Shown in pieces: positions 1-8,905 of a stretch of 64,000 nt of DNA. Made by a program: the position numbers and the translations under genes. The notes beneath the pieces are model-generated. The model made no database searches, was not told the origin of the DNA, and saw only the letters and a list, made by a program, of their open reading frames with translations. Origin of the DNA: a virus; the IMG/VR virus record IMGVR_UViG_3300045988_100778, positions 1-64,000 of that record; one strand, written 5' to 3'. How positions within the stretch are numbered: the stretch's first letter is position 1; each line of letters begins with the position of its first letter.

Positions 1-86
1 GTTTCGTGTACATGGTATTAAATTAGTGAAATAACTATTGTTTATTTCTCTATTAAAACCTAACTTTGTGGGTAAAACTTCTATAT

Positions 87-1223
87 ATGGCAAAAAAGAT
101 AGAATATACTAAAGAGGACATATTAAAAGATGCGCCCGATTTCGTACTAATCGCTTCTCCTTACATGCAAGAAAAGTATGTGGCTTATGAGATGGTAAGA
201 AGGGAGCTTGACGAACACCCCGACCGTTTCATGCAGTATGAAGGAAACGAAGGGTATACCTATGTCATAGACCTTAAGCTTGTCAACATAAAAGGTATCA
301 TGGCGAAACGCGGAGCGTCCCAGGAAGCAATAAACGACGCTACAGAAATTCGTACAAATGTGATGTTGCCCCTTCTTGCCAAGTTCCACAGGGTAAAGAG
401 TGAGTATTTCCATGCTTTCGACTTGCATAACGACAAAGCAAAGGCACTTGCCAAACTCACCCCTATGTTACTGGACTTGTTTGGTTCCATGCATAACCCC
501 AAGGATATTATTAAGATTATCCGGAAAAAGGAAGGTTATTCGCTGGGAGAAGAAGATTTAGTAAAATTTTTCAACAACCACAAGTCACTCATAGAGGCAA
601 GGCAAAGCAAATACGTGATGCGTTCTGACCGCTATAAGGTGGCAACGGAAGCCGGAAGACTGGAAATCATAAATGACTGTATGACAGACTTGCAGCTAAA
701 ATATGAGGAGTTCTGGAGCAAAGGAAACGTAGGGAGTGCACTCAATATCCTAAAGGAAATACGCGCCTTATTGGAAGCTGCACGGAAGGAAGTAAAAGGT
801 AATGAAATTAAACTTACAGTTGACGGAAAGATAGATATAAACGCAACCCTGCACGGAGAGGAGAACATAAGCCGTGTAATGCGTGATATACCCGTAAACA
901 GTCTTATAGTGGGTATGGTGGCTGCCAAATCGGGGATAAGTCCCGAAATACTGATGCACCAGCTCTGCACCTCCTATTACAAGGACTTCAACGGATTTGT
1001 AAGTAACCCGGTATTGGGTTCCGAAAAAGTGATGCTGCCTGGAGCGCTTATAAAGACATATGACTGGGGTGAAATAAAAGAGGGAAACAAGAAGTTCGTC
1101 GAAGAGATGGCACCCGAAATAGTCGAGGCAGAAATAATCGAAGAACCGCCTAAATCAAAGACCAGGGAACGGCTTCTTAACCGCCTACGACAAATGAAGG
1201 GTGTGGAAATCGGAAAGAAATAA
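87..1223 (+). CDS. hypothetical phage protein (378 aa)
   Basis: Open frame 66-1223; first ATG at 87 (MAKKIEYTKEDIL...). No family recognised by eye. Confidence 0.6.
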   Translation: MAKKIEYTKEDILKDAPDFVLIASPYMQEKYVAYEMVRRELDEHPDRFMQYEGNEGYTYVIDLKLVNIKGIMAKRGASQEAINDATEIRTNVMLPLLAKFHRVKSEYFHAFDLHNDKAKALAKLTPMLLDLFGSMHNPKDIIKIIRKKEGYSLGEEDLVKFFNNHKSLIEARQSKYVMRSDRYKVATEAGRLEIINDCMTDLQLKYEEFWSKGNVGSALNILKEIRALLEAARKEVKGNEIKLTVDGKIDINATLHGEENISRVMRDIPVNSLIVGMVAAKSGISPEILMHQLCTSYYKDFNGFVSNPVLGSEKVMLPGALIKTYDWGEIKEGNKKFVEEMAPEIVEAEIIEEPPKSKTRERLLNRLRQMKGVEIGKK

Positions 1224-1330
1224 TTACATTTTGTTTTGACTTTTAGTTAATTTATGATTTTCAAAATTCATGTGGTGTACGGTCTGCGATAGATAGTACA
1301 CCTATTTAAACAATTAAAAATAAAGTAGTT

Positions 1331-1498
1331 ATGGTAAAGATATATGTTGAAGAAGTTATAAAGTGCATGATGGAAAGACTTACAAAAGAATATGGTCTGA
1401 CCGAACAACAGGCATTGAAAGAAATTGACATTTGTATGGAAAGACTGTACGTGAAATGGATGCAGAATGAACCGATACCGGAAGAATACAATGATTAA
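1331..1498 (+). CDS. small hypothetical protein (55 aa)
   Basis: ATG 1331 to TAA 1496-1498 (MVKIYVEEVIKCMMERL...). Below the ORF-track cutoff; fills an otherwise empty + strand gap. Confidence 0.35.
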   Translation: MVKIYVEEVIKCMMERLTKEYGLTEQQALKEIDICMERLYVKWMQNEPIPEEYND

Positions 1499-1521
1499 TT
1501 AACCCTATAATATATAAGAGT

Positions 1522-1719
1522 ATGATAATAGCAATTGCGACAATGAAAATGAATGAGGATGTGACTACGCAGGTGCATGTACCTATAAACGTGGAAATAA
1601 TGCAGGTTCCTCCTACAGACAAGGAAGTGGAGAAAATAAAGTCAGTCCTGGAAGAAGAAACCGGATACAAATTCGTATCTTTGGATTCGATAACATGTGA
1701 CATGGACTACGAAATTTAG
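1522..1719 (+). CDS. hypothetical protein (65 aa)
   Basis: ORF track; co-oriented with neighbours and followed by a hairpin terminator. Confidence 0.45.
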   Translation: MIIAIATMKMNEDVTTQVHVPINVEIMQVPPTDKEVEKIKSVLEEETGYKFVSLDSITCDMDYEI

Positions 1720-1777
1720 AATTAAACGAAAAACTTATGTTCATTTTTTGAGTATTAGTAGTTAATATTTAACTGAC

Positions 1778-1810
1778 AGCCAGCGGTTTGTGATAAATAG
1801 CTGGCTTTTA
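1778..1810 (+). terminator. intrinsic terminator hairpin
   Basis: AGCCAGC (1778-1784) pairs with GCTGGCT (1800-1806), followed by TTTTATTAT. Confidence 0.55.
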
Positions 1811-1824
1811 TTATATTCTCTGAT

Positions 1825-1919
1825 ATGTTAATTATATGTTAAAAACACATAAGCAGTTGCGTATGTCTGATTAACTACCTATATTTGCAATGTGATAAGG
1901 AAAACGATAAGTCAAACAA
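1825..1919 (+). promoter_or_regulatory. conserved promoter cassette, copy 1 of 5
   Basis: ATGTTAATTATATGTTAAAA, an imperfect palindrome CATAAGCAGTTGCGTATG containing the TTG (-33), TATATTTG (-7, 1880-1887) and GTCAAACAA (1911-1919). ATG at 1936. Confidence 0.65.
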
Positions 1920-1935
1920 GTAAAAACAAAAGATT

Positions 1936-2313
1936 ATGGCAAATCCTAAAGTAAAATTGGAAGGAAAGAAAATCGCAGAAAAGGTGATGGAGTTCATGGA
2001 CAATCAATCATTCGACCCCATCTATAAGGAGATAGAGGAGAACGGGGACGACACCTATATCAGCGAGATACTGAGATGTATTCCTACAAGAAGAATAATC
2101 GACGATTTGGACGAACGTGGAGAACTTCACGAGGCATACAACGAATATGTGAATATGAACGGAGTAGCTCTCATAAAGGATATGACAAAGATAATGACAA
2201 ACAAGGAAAAGCTCAAACTTGTATCGGAACTTTTTAAGATACCCTATCTGGCAAGTCCGGAAGAATACGGGGAAGCGATAGCGAAAGCAGTAAGGGAACA
2301 GTATTACAGATAA
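1936..2313 (+). CDS. hypothetical protein (125 aa)
   Basis: First ORF after cassette copy 1; AAAAGATTATG start context. Confidence 0.6.
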   Translation: MANPKVKLEGKKIAEKVMEFMDNQSFDPIYKEIEENGDDTYISEILRCIPTRRIIDDLDERGELHEAYNEYVNMNGVALIKDMTKIMTNKEKLKLVSELFKIPYLASPEEYGEAIAKAVREQYYR

Positions 2314-2340
2314 TCATTAGTCACTAAAATCAAAACAAAA

Positions 2341-2643
2341 ATGAAGACCTATACAGTATATTTCAGTGAACCCGTAACGATGAAGTACAAGGGTGACAGA
2401 TTCAACAAGGAATTGAAAAAGTGGGAATATAACGTGGAATGCGAAAAGACAAGCCCGATGTTTACCTTCCATTCCCTGGCACCTGCGAAGAAACTGATTA
2501 AAGAAAATATAGACAAGTACATAGATTCCTGCATAACGAAAACCTGGGCAAACGGTGACTGGGAGAATCTCGGCCCGATAAAACTTGCCGGGAACAACAA
2601 GACTTTCATAGCCAATACCCGTCAAAAGGTTGCGAATTATTAA
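2341..2643 (+). CDS. hypothetical protein (100 aa)
   Basis: ORF track; tightly packed and co-oriented. Confidence 0.6.
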   Translation: MKTYTVYFSEPVTMKYKGDRFNKELKKWEYNVECEKTSPMFTFHSLAPAKKLIKENIDKYIDSCITKTWANGDWENLGPIKLAGNNKTFIANTRQKVANY

Positions 2644-2734
2644 GAGTACGGAAAGAAGGGGTGAAAATCAGAGTAACCCCTATCTCTTTGATTTCCAATA
2701 TAGATATTTTACAAAACTTAAAAATAAAAAGGTT

Positions 2735-3658
2735 ATGGATAAGGAAGAATTCCAGAAAAAGTACGATAACAGTATTTTGGTATGCTGTACAGAAGACAAA
2801 ATCAAAAAAGTATTCAATATTTGCGATTTAATGGACTTAACAGCCTCTAACTCAAAACAAGCTACCGCTATATTGATAGGAAAACAGACGGCAAAAAGCC
2901 CATTGTTCCACGTGGAACAATTCTTGAATGATTTTTATAAGGAGATGGAAGAAGAAAAGAAAGAGACAAAGATGTTTGAACAGAGGATGAACAATGCCAT
3001 ATACAAGCTAAAGCAGAAGTACGAAAGCACATATATAATCAAGGGAACCGATATGGACACGGTAATACAGCTCATATCGGAACTTGGCATGAATACAGTC
3101 CAGAAAGAGGGAAAAGATACGATACTCATAGAAGAAGGGGACACCATACCATGTGTAAGGCATTCAGCAAGGCAGTTCATTACAGAATTGATGTCCAATA
3201 TGATTGATGTATTAGACCCTTTCATAAACGAGGAAATGATGGTTGAAGTCAAGGAAAAGAAAGATACGGAAATAATGATTAATGAAGTAGAATCCTACCT
3301 TACCAACACCCTAACAAAACCCCTACATAAGATATACAACACACAAAGAAGGGTATATTCAATCGGATATGGGTACAATGAAAAGGTAATGATAGATGAG
3401 AACGATTTCTATGTATTTCGGAAAGCGGTGTACCTCCTATACATGTGCAACAAATGGGTAATGGAAGACAACAAGAAGCAGTCAAAGGAACCCACTTTCA
3501 ACAAAGGAAACAAAATAATGTACACCATCAAGGACAGCAACAGCAACACATACCCAGTAAGCAGATTGTCGGAAAGAGTGTACGAATCAAAGGAGCACAA
3601 GACCCTATTCATAACGGACGAGGAAGGGACAGTGACCGGGATATACAAGGAGAAATAA
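2735..3658 (+). CDS. hypothetical protein (307 aa)
   Basis: Open frame 2630-3658. ATG at 2735 preferred: it avoids overlap with the previous gene and has the AAAAGGTTATG context. Confidence 0.6.
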   Translation: MDKEEFQKKYDNSILVCCTEDKIKKVFNICDLMDLTASNSKQATAILIGKQTAKSPLFHVEQFLNDFYKEMEEEKKETKMFEQRMNNAIYKLKQKYESTYIIKGTDMDTVIQLISELGMNTVQKEGKDTILIEEGDTIPCVRHSARQFITELMSNMIDVLDPFINEEMMVEVKEKKDTEIMINEVESYLTNTLTKPLHKIYNTQRRVYSIGYGYNEKVMIDENDFYVFRKAVYLLYMCNKWVMEDNKKQSKEPTFNKGNKIMYTIKDSNSNTYPVSRLSERVYESKEHKTLFITDEEGTVTGIYKEK

Positions 3659-3982
3659 AAAGAGAGAAACACCCTCCACGATACCTTACAGACCATATTT
3701 TATTATTAACCCGTTATACATTTGTTACAATGGTAATGAAGAGTGTCAAGGAGAAAAAGCAATGATAAGAAGAACCGGAAAGGGAACACGGACTGCACCA
3801 TAAAGGAAAAGAAAGGGTTGTTATATCCGACCCCTATATAAACAATATTATAAATCGTCAACCTATAATTGTTAATTTGCGAAATGGGAAGGATATATGG
3901 AAGCCGATATGGACGCAAGACGTGTCCTGGCACGGTTCTTGTATCATTGTACAACGTGGAACAATCATAAAAAGACAACATC

Positions 3983-4147
3983 ATGAAAAGAGAAAAAGAA
4001 TTCAAGGAATACCTAAAGAACAAGTTCATAGATTTAACACCTTGCATAGAGGCATACGAGGACTACAATCTGAGAATAACGGAAGTATTGGATGCACTGG
4101 AAGAACGTCGTACCAAGCATCATCAAACGTGGTTGACGGGAATATAG
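3983..4147 (+). CDS. small hypothetical protein (54 aa)
   Basis: ATG 3983 (MKREKEFKEYLKNKF...) to TAG 4145-4147, translated by hand. Confidence 0.4.
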   Translation: MKREKEFKEYLKNKFIDLTPCIEAYEDYNLRITEVLDALEERRTKHHQTWLTGI

Positions 4148-4152
4148 AATCT

Positions 4153-4380
4153 ATGGTTATCCAGATACCGTCATGGGAAGATAACTTTGAGATAATAGGC
4201 TATGACACATTTGTAGAGAAATATCGGGAATATGACAAGGAATATGAACCGGAACACTACCTAAAGGACGAGAACGGCAATATGGTACACGTGGAACTTG
4301 TAAGCGTCAAGGCAGGAAAGAATATGATAATAACCTGGAAGGACACGGAGACCGGGAAAATGTTCCAGACAATAGAATAA
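4153..4380 (+). CDS. hypothetical protein (75 aa)
   Basis: Internal ATG of the 3877-4380 frame (MVIQIPSWEDNFEIIGY...). The upstream part of that frame overlaps the better 3983 ORF. Confidence 0.45.
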   Translation: MVIQIPSWEDNFEIIGYDTFVEKYREYDKEYEPEHYLKDENGNMVHVELVSVKAGKNMIITWKDTETGKMFQTIE

Positions 4381-4408
4381 TAACCAACATATTAAAAGAC
4401 AAAAGATT

Positions 4409-4891
4409 ATGGAAAAAGATTTGAGAAACAACGTGAAGTTTATCTTATTCTGTACAGAATGCTTGCAGGCAGGCGTAGTAATGACACCAAAGGAATATGA
4501 GATTGCATTCCTGGCAGCATCCAAATTTGAAGGATTTGATGACAAGAGCTTTGAGAACATGAAGGCTGAACAATTTGCGCCCAGAATGAATGCCATGCTC
4601 AATGCAATGTCAAAGAGAAAGCAGATTATCGAAGGACTGACATTCAACCTATTGACAAAGAAAAGCCTGGGTGAATTGATTGAGAGCAACCTTGTAGAAG
4701 AGGTAATGAAGGCAAAGCACATAGCCGCAGCAATGGCAGATGAACTGTTGGAACCGGACGAAAAACTGGAAAAGGTTGTGACTGACGGAAGACGTGTAAT
4801 CGAACACTTCATAGACCAATGGAAGAAAGCCCCTATTGAAGAGGAAAAGAAAGAATACGAGCCAGAAAGCGATGCGGAAATTGTAGAATAA
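4409..4891 (+). CDS. hypothetical protein (160 aa)
   Basis: ORF track; AAAAGATTATG start; followed by a hairpin terminator. Confidence 0.6.
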   Translation: MEKDLRNNVKFILFCTECLQAGVVMTPKEYEIAFLAASKFEGFDDKSFENMKAEQFAPRMNAMLNAMSKRKQIIEGLTFNLLTKKSLGELIESNLVEEVMKAKHIAAAMADELLEPDEKLEKVVTDGRRVIEHFIDQWKKAPIEEEKKEYEPESDAEIVE

Positions 4892-4920
4892 ATCTTTCTA
4901 TATACTTATTATTTTCACAA

Positions 4921-4945
4921 AAGCCCCGAAATGGGGCTTTATTAT
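4921..4945 (+). terminator. intrinsic terminator hairpin
   Basis: AAGCCCC (4921-4927) pairs with GGGGCTT (4933-4939), followed by a T/A-rich tail. Confidence 0.55.
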
Positions 4946-4954
4946 CAAGCAGTT

Positions 4955-5266
4955 ATGGACAAGTCGAAATTAACAAAGGCAAATAAGCTATACAATAAAA
5001 TCGTAAATCTGAAAGAGGAAATAGAGCATATTTCCAGGTTTGAGATGGAGGGAAATATACTGATAACGAACTCCTACGATTCCTATTTCTATATTGACGA
5101 GGATATAGCGAAAACCTATTTCCCGATGATAAAAGAAAGCCTGGTTCAGATAGCTGCAACCCCTATTTTTATTCAAATTTTGTATCATTATGGAAAGAAA
5201 AGAGATTATTGGAAGACTGGGAAGGTATTTCACGCTTCCCGAACTTGTATGCTCCCACGTGTATAA
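4955..5266 (+). CDS. hypothetical protein (103 aa)
   Basis: Frame 4931-5266. The first ATG lies inside the terminator loop, so ATG 4955 is used. The 3' end overlaps the endolysin gene by 77 nt, so the true end is uncertain. Confidence 0.4.
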   Translation: MDKSKLTKANKLYNKIVNLKEEIEHISRFEMEGNILITNSYDSYFYIDEDIAKTYFPMIKESLVQIAATPIFIQILYHYGKKRDYWKTGKVFHASRTCMLPRV

Positions 5267-5657
5267 CAAGTATTCAGAATCGCAGATATGGAGCTTTTTT
5301 ACAACCGAAGCACTGGAGACGCTCCTTGTATTGAGGGAAGAAATCATATGCAAGCCCTTCATTATCAACAACTGGAAGAACGGAGGAAGCTATTCCCAGC
5401 GCGGTTTGCGGTGTAATGTCTGCATATTATGCAAGGAAAAGACGATACTTGAAAAGCCGTATATGAGTGCGCACGCATTGGGTCGCGCTTTTGACATTAC
5501 GGTTTCCGGAATGGAGGCAGAAGCAGCACGGAAAATCATTATAGACGATTCCGACAAGCTTCCTTATCCTATCAGACTGGAGGACGGTGTTAGCTGGCTA
5601 CATGTAGACACTATGGACTTGTGCAACGGCAAGAAAGTGACGCTATTCACAGCGTAA
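5190..5657 (+). CDS. peptidase M15 family cell-wall hydrolase (endolysin)
   Basis: SQRGLRC ... SAHALGRAFD ... SWLHVD matches the zinc-binding H-x-x-G-x-A-x-D / H-x-D layout of M15 (VanY / L-Ala-D-Glu peptidase type) phage lysins. Confidence 0.75.
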   Translation: MERKEIIGRLGRYFTLPELVCSHVYNKYSESQIWSFFTTEALETLLVLREEIICKPFIINNWKNGGSYSQRGLRCNVCILCKEKTILEKPYMSAHALGRAFDITVSGMEAEAARKIIIDDSDKLPYPIRLEDGVSWLHVDTMDLCNGKKVTLFTA

Positions 5658-5734
5658 ATATATTTTACTATATCCAAAAGGTATTCCCCCTTATAGGGCA
5701 ATCGATACTACAGTATGCTGTAGCCGCGATTTTT

Positions 5735-5750
5735 CAAATTTCGTATTTTT
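5735..5750 (+). promoter_or_regulatory. candidate promoter box CAAATTTCGTATTTTT
   Basis: Near-identical motif also at 23173-23187 and 51221-51235, each 20-30 nt upstream of an ATG. Confidence 0.4.
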
Positions 5751-5779
5751 ATCATTTGTAAATTTAAATTGAAATAATT

Positions 5780-6100
5780 ATGTATCCTAACAAAGTAAGT
5801 ATAGCAAATAACAAGGGTTTTGAGAGCATAACAGCGATTTCACGCGCTTTCGAGGTCGGCACACCAGCCGAAGATGTGGTACTGTCAAAGTACACCTTGA
5901 TTCCCGATGATAAAAGGGCGTTTCTTATTATTCCGTTGACTGCTGGTACTGTCAAAGTACACCTTATCGGTGAGACTGGTCCAGATACTTATACCATTTC
6001 CGAGACCGAGATTTCCGCTTATATGGGTTCTCCTATGCCTTATCTTGTTGATAAGGTGTTTGTTGACGGCACTACTGCACAATTCAATATAGGGTTATGA
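5780..6100 (+). CDS. hypothetical protein (106 aa)
   Basis: ORF track; overlaps the next gene by 4 nt (ATGA). Confidence 0.5.
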   Translation: MYPNKVSIANNKGFESITAISRAFEVGTPAEDVVLSKYTLIPDDKRAFLIIPLTAGTVKVHLIGETGPDTYTISETEISAYMGSPMPYLVDKVFVDGTTAQFNIGL

Positions 6101-6747
6101 TTGGTATCGGTACAAGTCTTTTGTTTGGCAGGAGGTCTGGCAAGGTCACGATACCGGAACCGGACGTCTATTACGACTTATCACTTAAGGACAATTCTTC
6201 TCCTACCCGTAACATCATAGACGATTTGTCGGGTAATAGACATGATGCAGAGATATTCAATGCAGCGTATACAGAGAGTAGCGGCTACAGGTCAGACGGT
6301 GCTTTTGTCTTTGATAGTATAGATGATTATGCGATAATGCAGAATGTTACGAAAGGATTCAAGACGTTGTTTATGGAAGTAATACCATCTTTAACTACCG
6401 ATAAAAGTGGATTCCTATATGACCAAAGAGTAAGTCAGACAAGTTTTGGAATAAGTATTTCATTAAATCATATAGCATATAATGCTTATAACTGGGGTGG
6501 GGTGACTTATATAAACGGAAAGTTGAATACCACTATGAATGGAAAAGAGGTCTATTTGAAACATCAAATTATCACGATAGTGAACGGTACAGATTTAAAG
6601 CCGCAAAAGGTGGTTCTTGGAGGTGATATAGGATTGGCCGGATATTTCTCAAACATGGCTCTCTACAAGCTTATCGGCTTCTATGACGAACTTACACCTT
6701 TGCAGATTGAGAAAGTAATTAATGACTATAAACTAAAATATGATTGA
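6097..6747 (+). CDS. LamG / concanavalin-A-like lectin domain protein
   Basis: DLSGNRHDAEIFNAAY...GAFVFDSIDDYAIM resembles the D-x-SG-x-x-x-x-A ... F-D-G-x-x-D-Y signature of Laminin_G_3 domains. Confidence 0.5.
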   Translation: MIGIGTSLLFGRRSGKVTIPEPDVYYDLSLKDNSSPTRNIIDDLSGNRHDAEIFNAAYTESSGYRSDGAFVFDSIDDYAIMQNVTKGFKTLFMEVIPSLTTDKSGFLYDQRVSQTSFGISISLNHIAYNAYNWGGVTYINGKLNTTMNGKEVYLKHQIITIVNGTDLKPQKVVLGGDIGLAGYFSNMALYKLIGFYDELTPLQIEKVINDYKLKYD

Positions 6748-6749
6748 TT

Positions 6750-6998
6750 ATGAAGTGGTTAGCTATACCTATAGAAGAACTGAAACAGTTCGATAAGGAC
6801 TGGAAGACAAGGAGAACGAACAATGACGGCACAAAAGCACTGCTGCATGAAGAGACGTATAACATGCTTGTACCTCCGGTTATGACGATTTCGGAAAGTG
6901 AAGAAGTTGTGGAAGACGTCGTTTATCCCTATCCTTTGATGGATGAAGACGAAATCAACGGTTCCGGTGACTGGAAAAGTGAAGAAGGGGTAATTTGA
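6750..6998 (+). CDS. hypothetical acidic protein (82 aa)
   Basis: Frame 6744-6998; first ATG at 6750. Confidence 0.5.
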   Translation: MKWLAIPIEELKQFDKDWKTRRTNNDGTKALLHEETYNMLVPPVMTISESEEVVEDVVYPYPLMDEDEINGSGDWKSEEGVI

Positions 6999-7012
6999 TT
7001 GTTTTCGGGATG

Positions 7013-7050
7013 CCGGGAATTTCGGGTGTTTTGTCCGGTTCCCGGTTTTT
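7013..7050 (+). terminator. intrinsic terminator hairpin
   Basis: CCGGGAA (7013-7019) pairs with TTCCCGG (7039-7045), followed by TTTTT. Confidence 0.6.
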
Positions 7051-7174
7051 CATTTTCCTTATTTTATTGTACACCGAAAAACAACACAATTTTCAGAGTT
7101 AGTGTTAACTGTCTGATAATCATATACCGTTTTCTCCTATTTCTGAAAAATATAATGTCACTGAAAGAAAGGTT

Positions 7175-7266
7175 ATGTTAATCTTATGTTAAAAGCACAT
7201 ACGCACTTGCGTATGTCTGATTAAGTACCTATATTTGCAATGTGATAAGAAATCAAGGTCAAACAA
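7175..7266 (+). promoter_or_regulatory. conserved promoter cassette, copy 2 of 5
   Basis: ATGTTAATCTTATGTTAAAAGCACATACGCACTTGCGTATGTCTGATTAAGTACCTATATTTGCAATGTGATAAG...GTCAAACAA. ATG at 7285. Confidence 0.65.
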
Positions 7267-7284
7267 ATTAAAAGAAATAAGGTT

Positions 7285-7509
7285 ATGAAAGCAGAATTTT
7301 ACAAGGTGAGAGGTACGGAAATGGAAGAGATGATGAAGAGAGGTAATAACAACGAAATCTTCTCTATGATTTCCAAGAAACAACAAGCACTTGCAGAAGC
7401 ACTTGAAAACGTTGAGTTTTACAAGTCTATCGGCAATATGGAGTTTGCAGAGAATGAGCAGAACCGCGCTAAACTCCTTCAAAGACAAATCGAAATGTTG
7501 AACAAATAA
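7285..7509 (+). CDS. hypothetical protein (74 aa)
   Basis: First ORF after cassette copy 2. Confidence 0.6.
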   Translation: MKAEFYKVRGTEMEEMMKRGNNNEIFSMISKKQQALAEALENVEFYKSIGNMEFAENEQNRAKLLQRQIEMLNK

Positions 7510-7522
7510 AAATTAAAGAAAT

Positions 7523-7699
7523 ATGAAACTTTTGGAAATACACAAAAACGGAATTAACGCCAATAACAAAACAGTAAGTTACTACGGTTTGGATTATGAG
7601 AAAAAGAAAGTGCTGTTTGAAGTAAAGACACTGGAAGAAGCCATTGAGAAGGGGTCTTGTCTTGGCTATAAAAACGGTGAAATAGTAATAATGTTCTAA
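7523..7699 (+). CDS. small hypothetical protein (58 aa)
   Basis: ATG 7523 (MKLLEIHKNGINANNK...) to TAA 7697-7699, translated by hand. Confidence 0.4.
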   Translation: MKLLEIHKNGINANNKTVSYYGLDYEKKKVLFEVKTLEEAIEKGSCLGYKNGEIVIMF

Positions 7700-7741
7700 A
7701 TTTAATCCGGTAGCCTTCGGGCTACCAATAGAACAAATAAT

Positions 7742-7975
7742 ATGAATATAAAAGAAATATGCTTGCTGATAGCACAGCTAAAGAAGGAGAATGAAACCAA
7801 TTCCCCGGAAGAAAAGGAATTCAACCTTAAATGGATTGAAATCCTAAAAGAAAGTATAGATAAATCTATAAACAAGTCTATAAACAAGTCTATTTTTGAT
7901 TACGGCTTCGATTCCAACCATATGTGGGTCAGTGAGAAGAAAAGCGGTAAACGTCTTATTCTTATCGAATTCTAA
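7742..7975 (+). CDS. hypothetical protein (77 aa)
   Basis: ORF track; contains an in-frame 12-bp tandem repeat (SINKSINKSI). Confidence 0.5.
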   Translation: MNIKEICLLIAQLKKENETNSPEEKEFNLKWIEILKESIDKSINKSINKSIFDYGFDSNHMWVSEKKSGKRLILIEF

Positions 7976-7988
7976 AATTCTTTATATT

Positions 7989-8171
7989 ATGAAAAAGCAG
8001 CTTATAAATTTCTTTCACGGTCGTTTCGGTAATAAAGTATTGAAAACAAAGTATCGTGAATGGTGGGTACGTTTCTGGTACGGAACCGGGGCAATCGCCT
8101 TTTGTTTCCTATTCTTCGGAATGATACAATTCTTGTCCTGGCTTTCTGATTTGATTAATTATGTTTTCTAA
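7989..8171 (+). CDS. small membrane protein (60 aa)
   Basis: Internal ATG 7989 (MKKQLINFF...). One hydrophobic span, GAIAFCFLFFGMIQFLSWL. Confidence 0.5.
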   Translation: MKKQLINFFHGRFGNKVLKTKYREWWVRFWYGTGAIAFCFLFFGMIQFLSWLSDLINYVF

Positions 8172-8189
8172 TAAAAATATTTTACAATT

Positions 8190-8714
8190 ATGAAAAAGGT
8201 TTTATGCGACAAAGACGGGAAATTCTTGTCTATTCATGATGAAGATTGTACTCTTACAAAACTGGAAGACGGTGACTGTCTGACACATGAAGACGGTACG
8301 ATAATGATATATAGAGAACACGAATGTAAAGAAGATATTTCTAAAGTATCTTATCATGTTTATTTACGAAATAATGAATTACGGTTTCTTCAAACTGGAA
8401 TATTATTTTCTTACTATGATTTTATCCCATCTTGCAGATTCTCTACGGCAGAAGAAAAGAGGTATATGAACAACGTTCTTTCCAAAAATGGAATGTACTA
8501 TGACGAAAAAGAGAAATACCTTAAAAAGCTTCGTTGGCGGGCCAAAACAGGTGATTCCTATTACTATATCGACTGGGACCGCTTTACAATATACAAGACT
8601 ATGGAAGTAGGAAACGAATCGGACAATATGCGGTACAAAAACCTTAACTATTTCTTGACCAAAGAAGAAGCGAAAAAGAAGTTGTTCGAGATTAAATCGG
8701 TTCTTAATGATTAG
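8190..8714 (+). CDS. hypothetical protein (174 aa)
   Basis: ORF track. Confidence 0.6.
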   Translation: MKKVLCDKDGKFLSIHDEDCTLTKLEDGDCLTHEDGTIMIYREHECKEDISKVSYHVYLRNNELRFLQTGILFSYYDFIPSCRFSTAEEKRYMNNVLSKNGMYYDEKEKYLKKLRWRAKTGDSYYYIDWDRFTIYKTMEVGNESDNMRYKNLNYFLTKEEAKKKLFEIKSVLND

Positions 8715-8868
8715 GAAAGAATACTACATCTGGGTCGGACAGATTGCCGAATACCGGGGAATGACATTGCGGAAGGTTCGTCCGGGCAAATATGTTGTCA
8801 TTTCCCCGTGTTCCCTTGTTTCGAGACCCGTATATATTGACAAGGACGAAAATTTGAACGTTCTTTAG
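8707..8868 (+). CDS. small hypothetical protein (53 aa)
   Basis: ATG 8707 overlaps the previous stop (ATGATTAG); MIRKEYYIWVGQIAEYRG... ends at TAG 8866-8868. Confidence 0.35.
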   Translation: MIRKEYYIWVGQIAEYRGMTLRKVRPGKYVVISPCSLVSRPVYIDKDENLNVL

Positions 8869-8905
8869 TATTAATTATTTGTTTTATTTTCATATATTTG
8901 CAAAC

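Noticed and set aside
3877-4152. N-terminal 92 codons of the 167-aa ORF 3877-4380.
   Set aside because: The composition is Arg/His/Gln-rich and odd. It overlaps a cleaner 54-aa ORF (3983-4147) in another frame, and an internal ATG at 4153 directly follows that ORF's stop.
4931-5266. Possible programmed frameshift fusing ORF 4955-5266 to the M15 endolysin (77-nt overlap).
   Set aside because: No convincing slippery site was seen. The endolysin has its own ATG with a typical N-terminus, and the ORF tail (GKKRDYWKTGKVFHASRTCMLPRV) looks like read-through. It cannot be excluded without proteomics.
6999-7488. ORFs 6999-7181 (+) and 7189-7488 (-).
   Set aside because: The first runs through a terminator hairpin and T-runs. 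The second is antisense across promoter cassette copy 2 and gene 7285.
7865-7894. A 12-bp tandem repeat TCTATAAACAAG x2.5 inside ORF 7742-7975.
   Set aside because: It is real but tiny and in-frame (SINKSINKSI). It is probably a trivial slippage duplication, too short to call a functional repeat.
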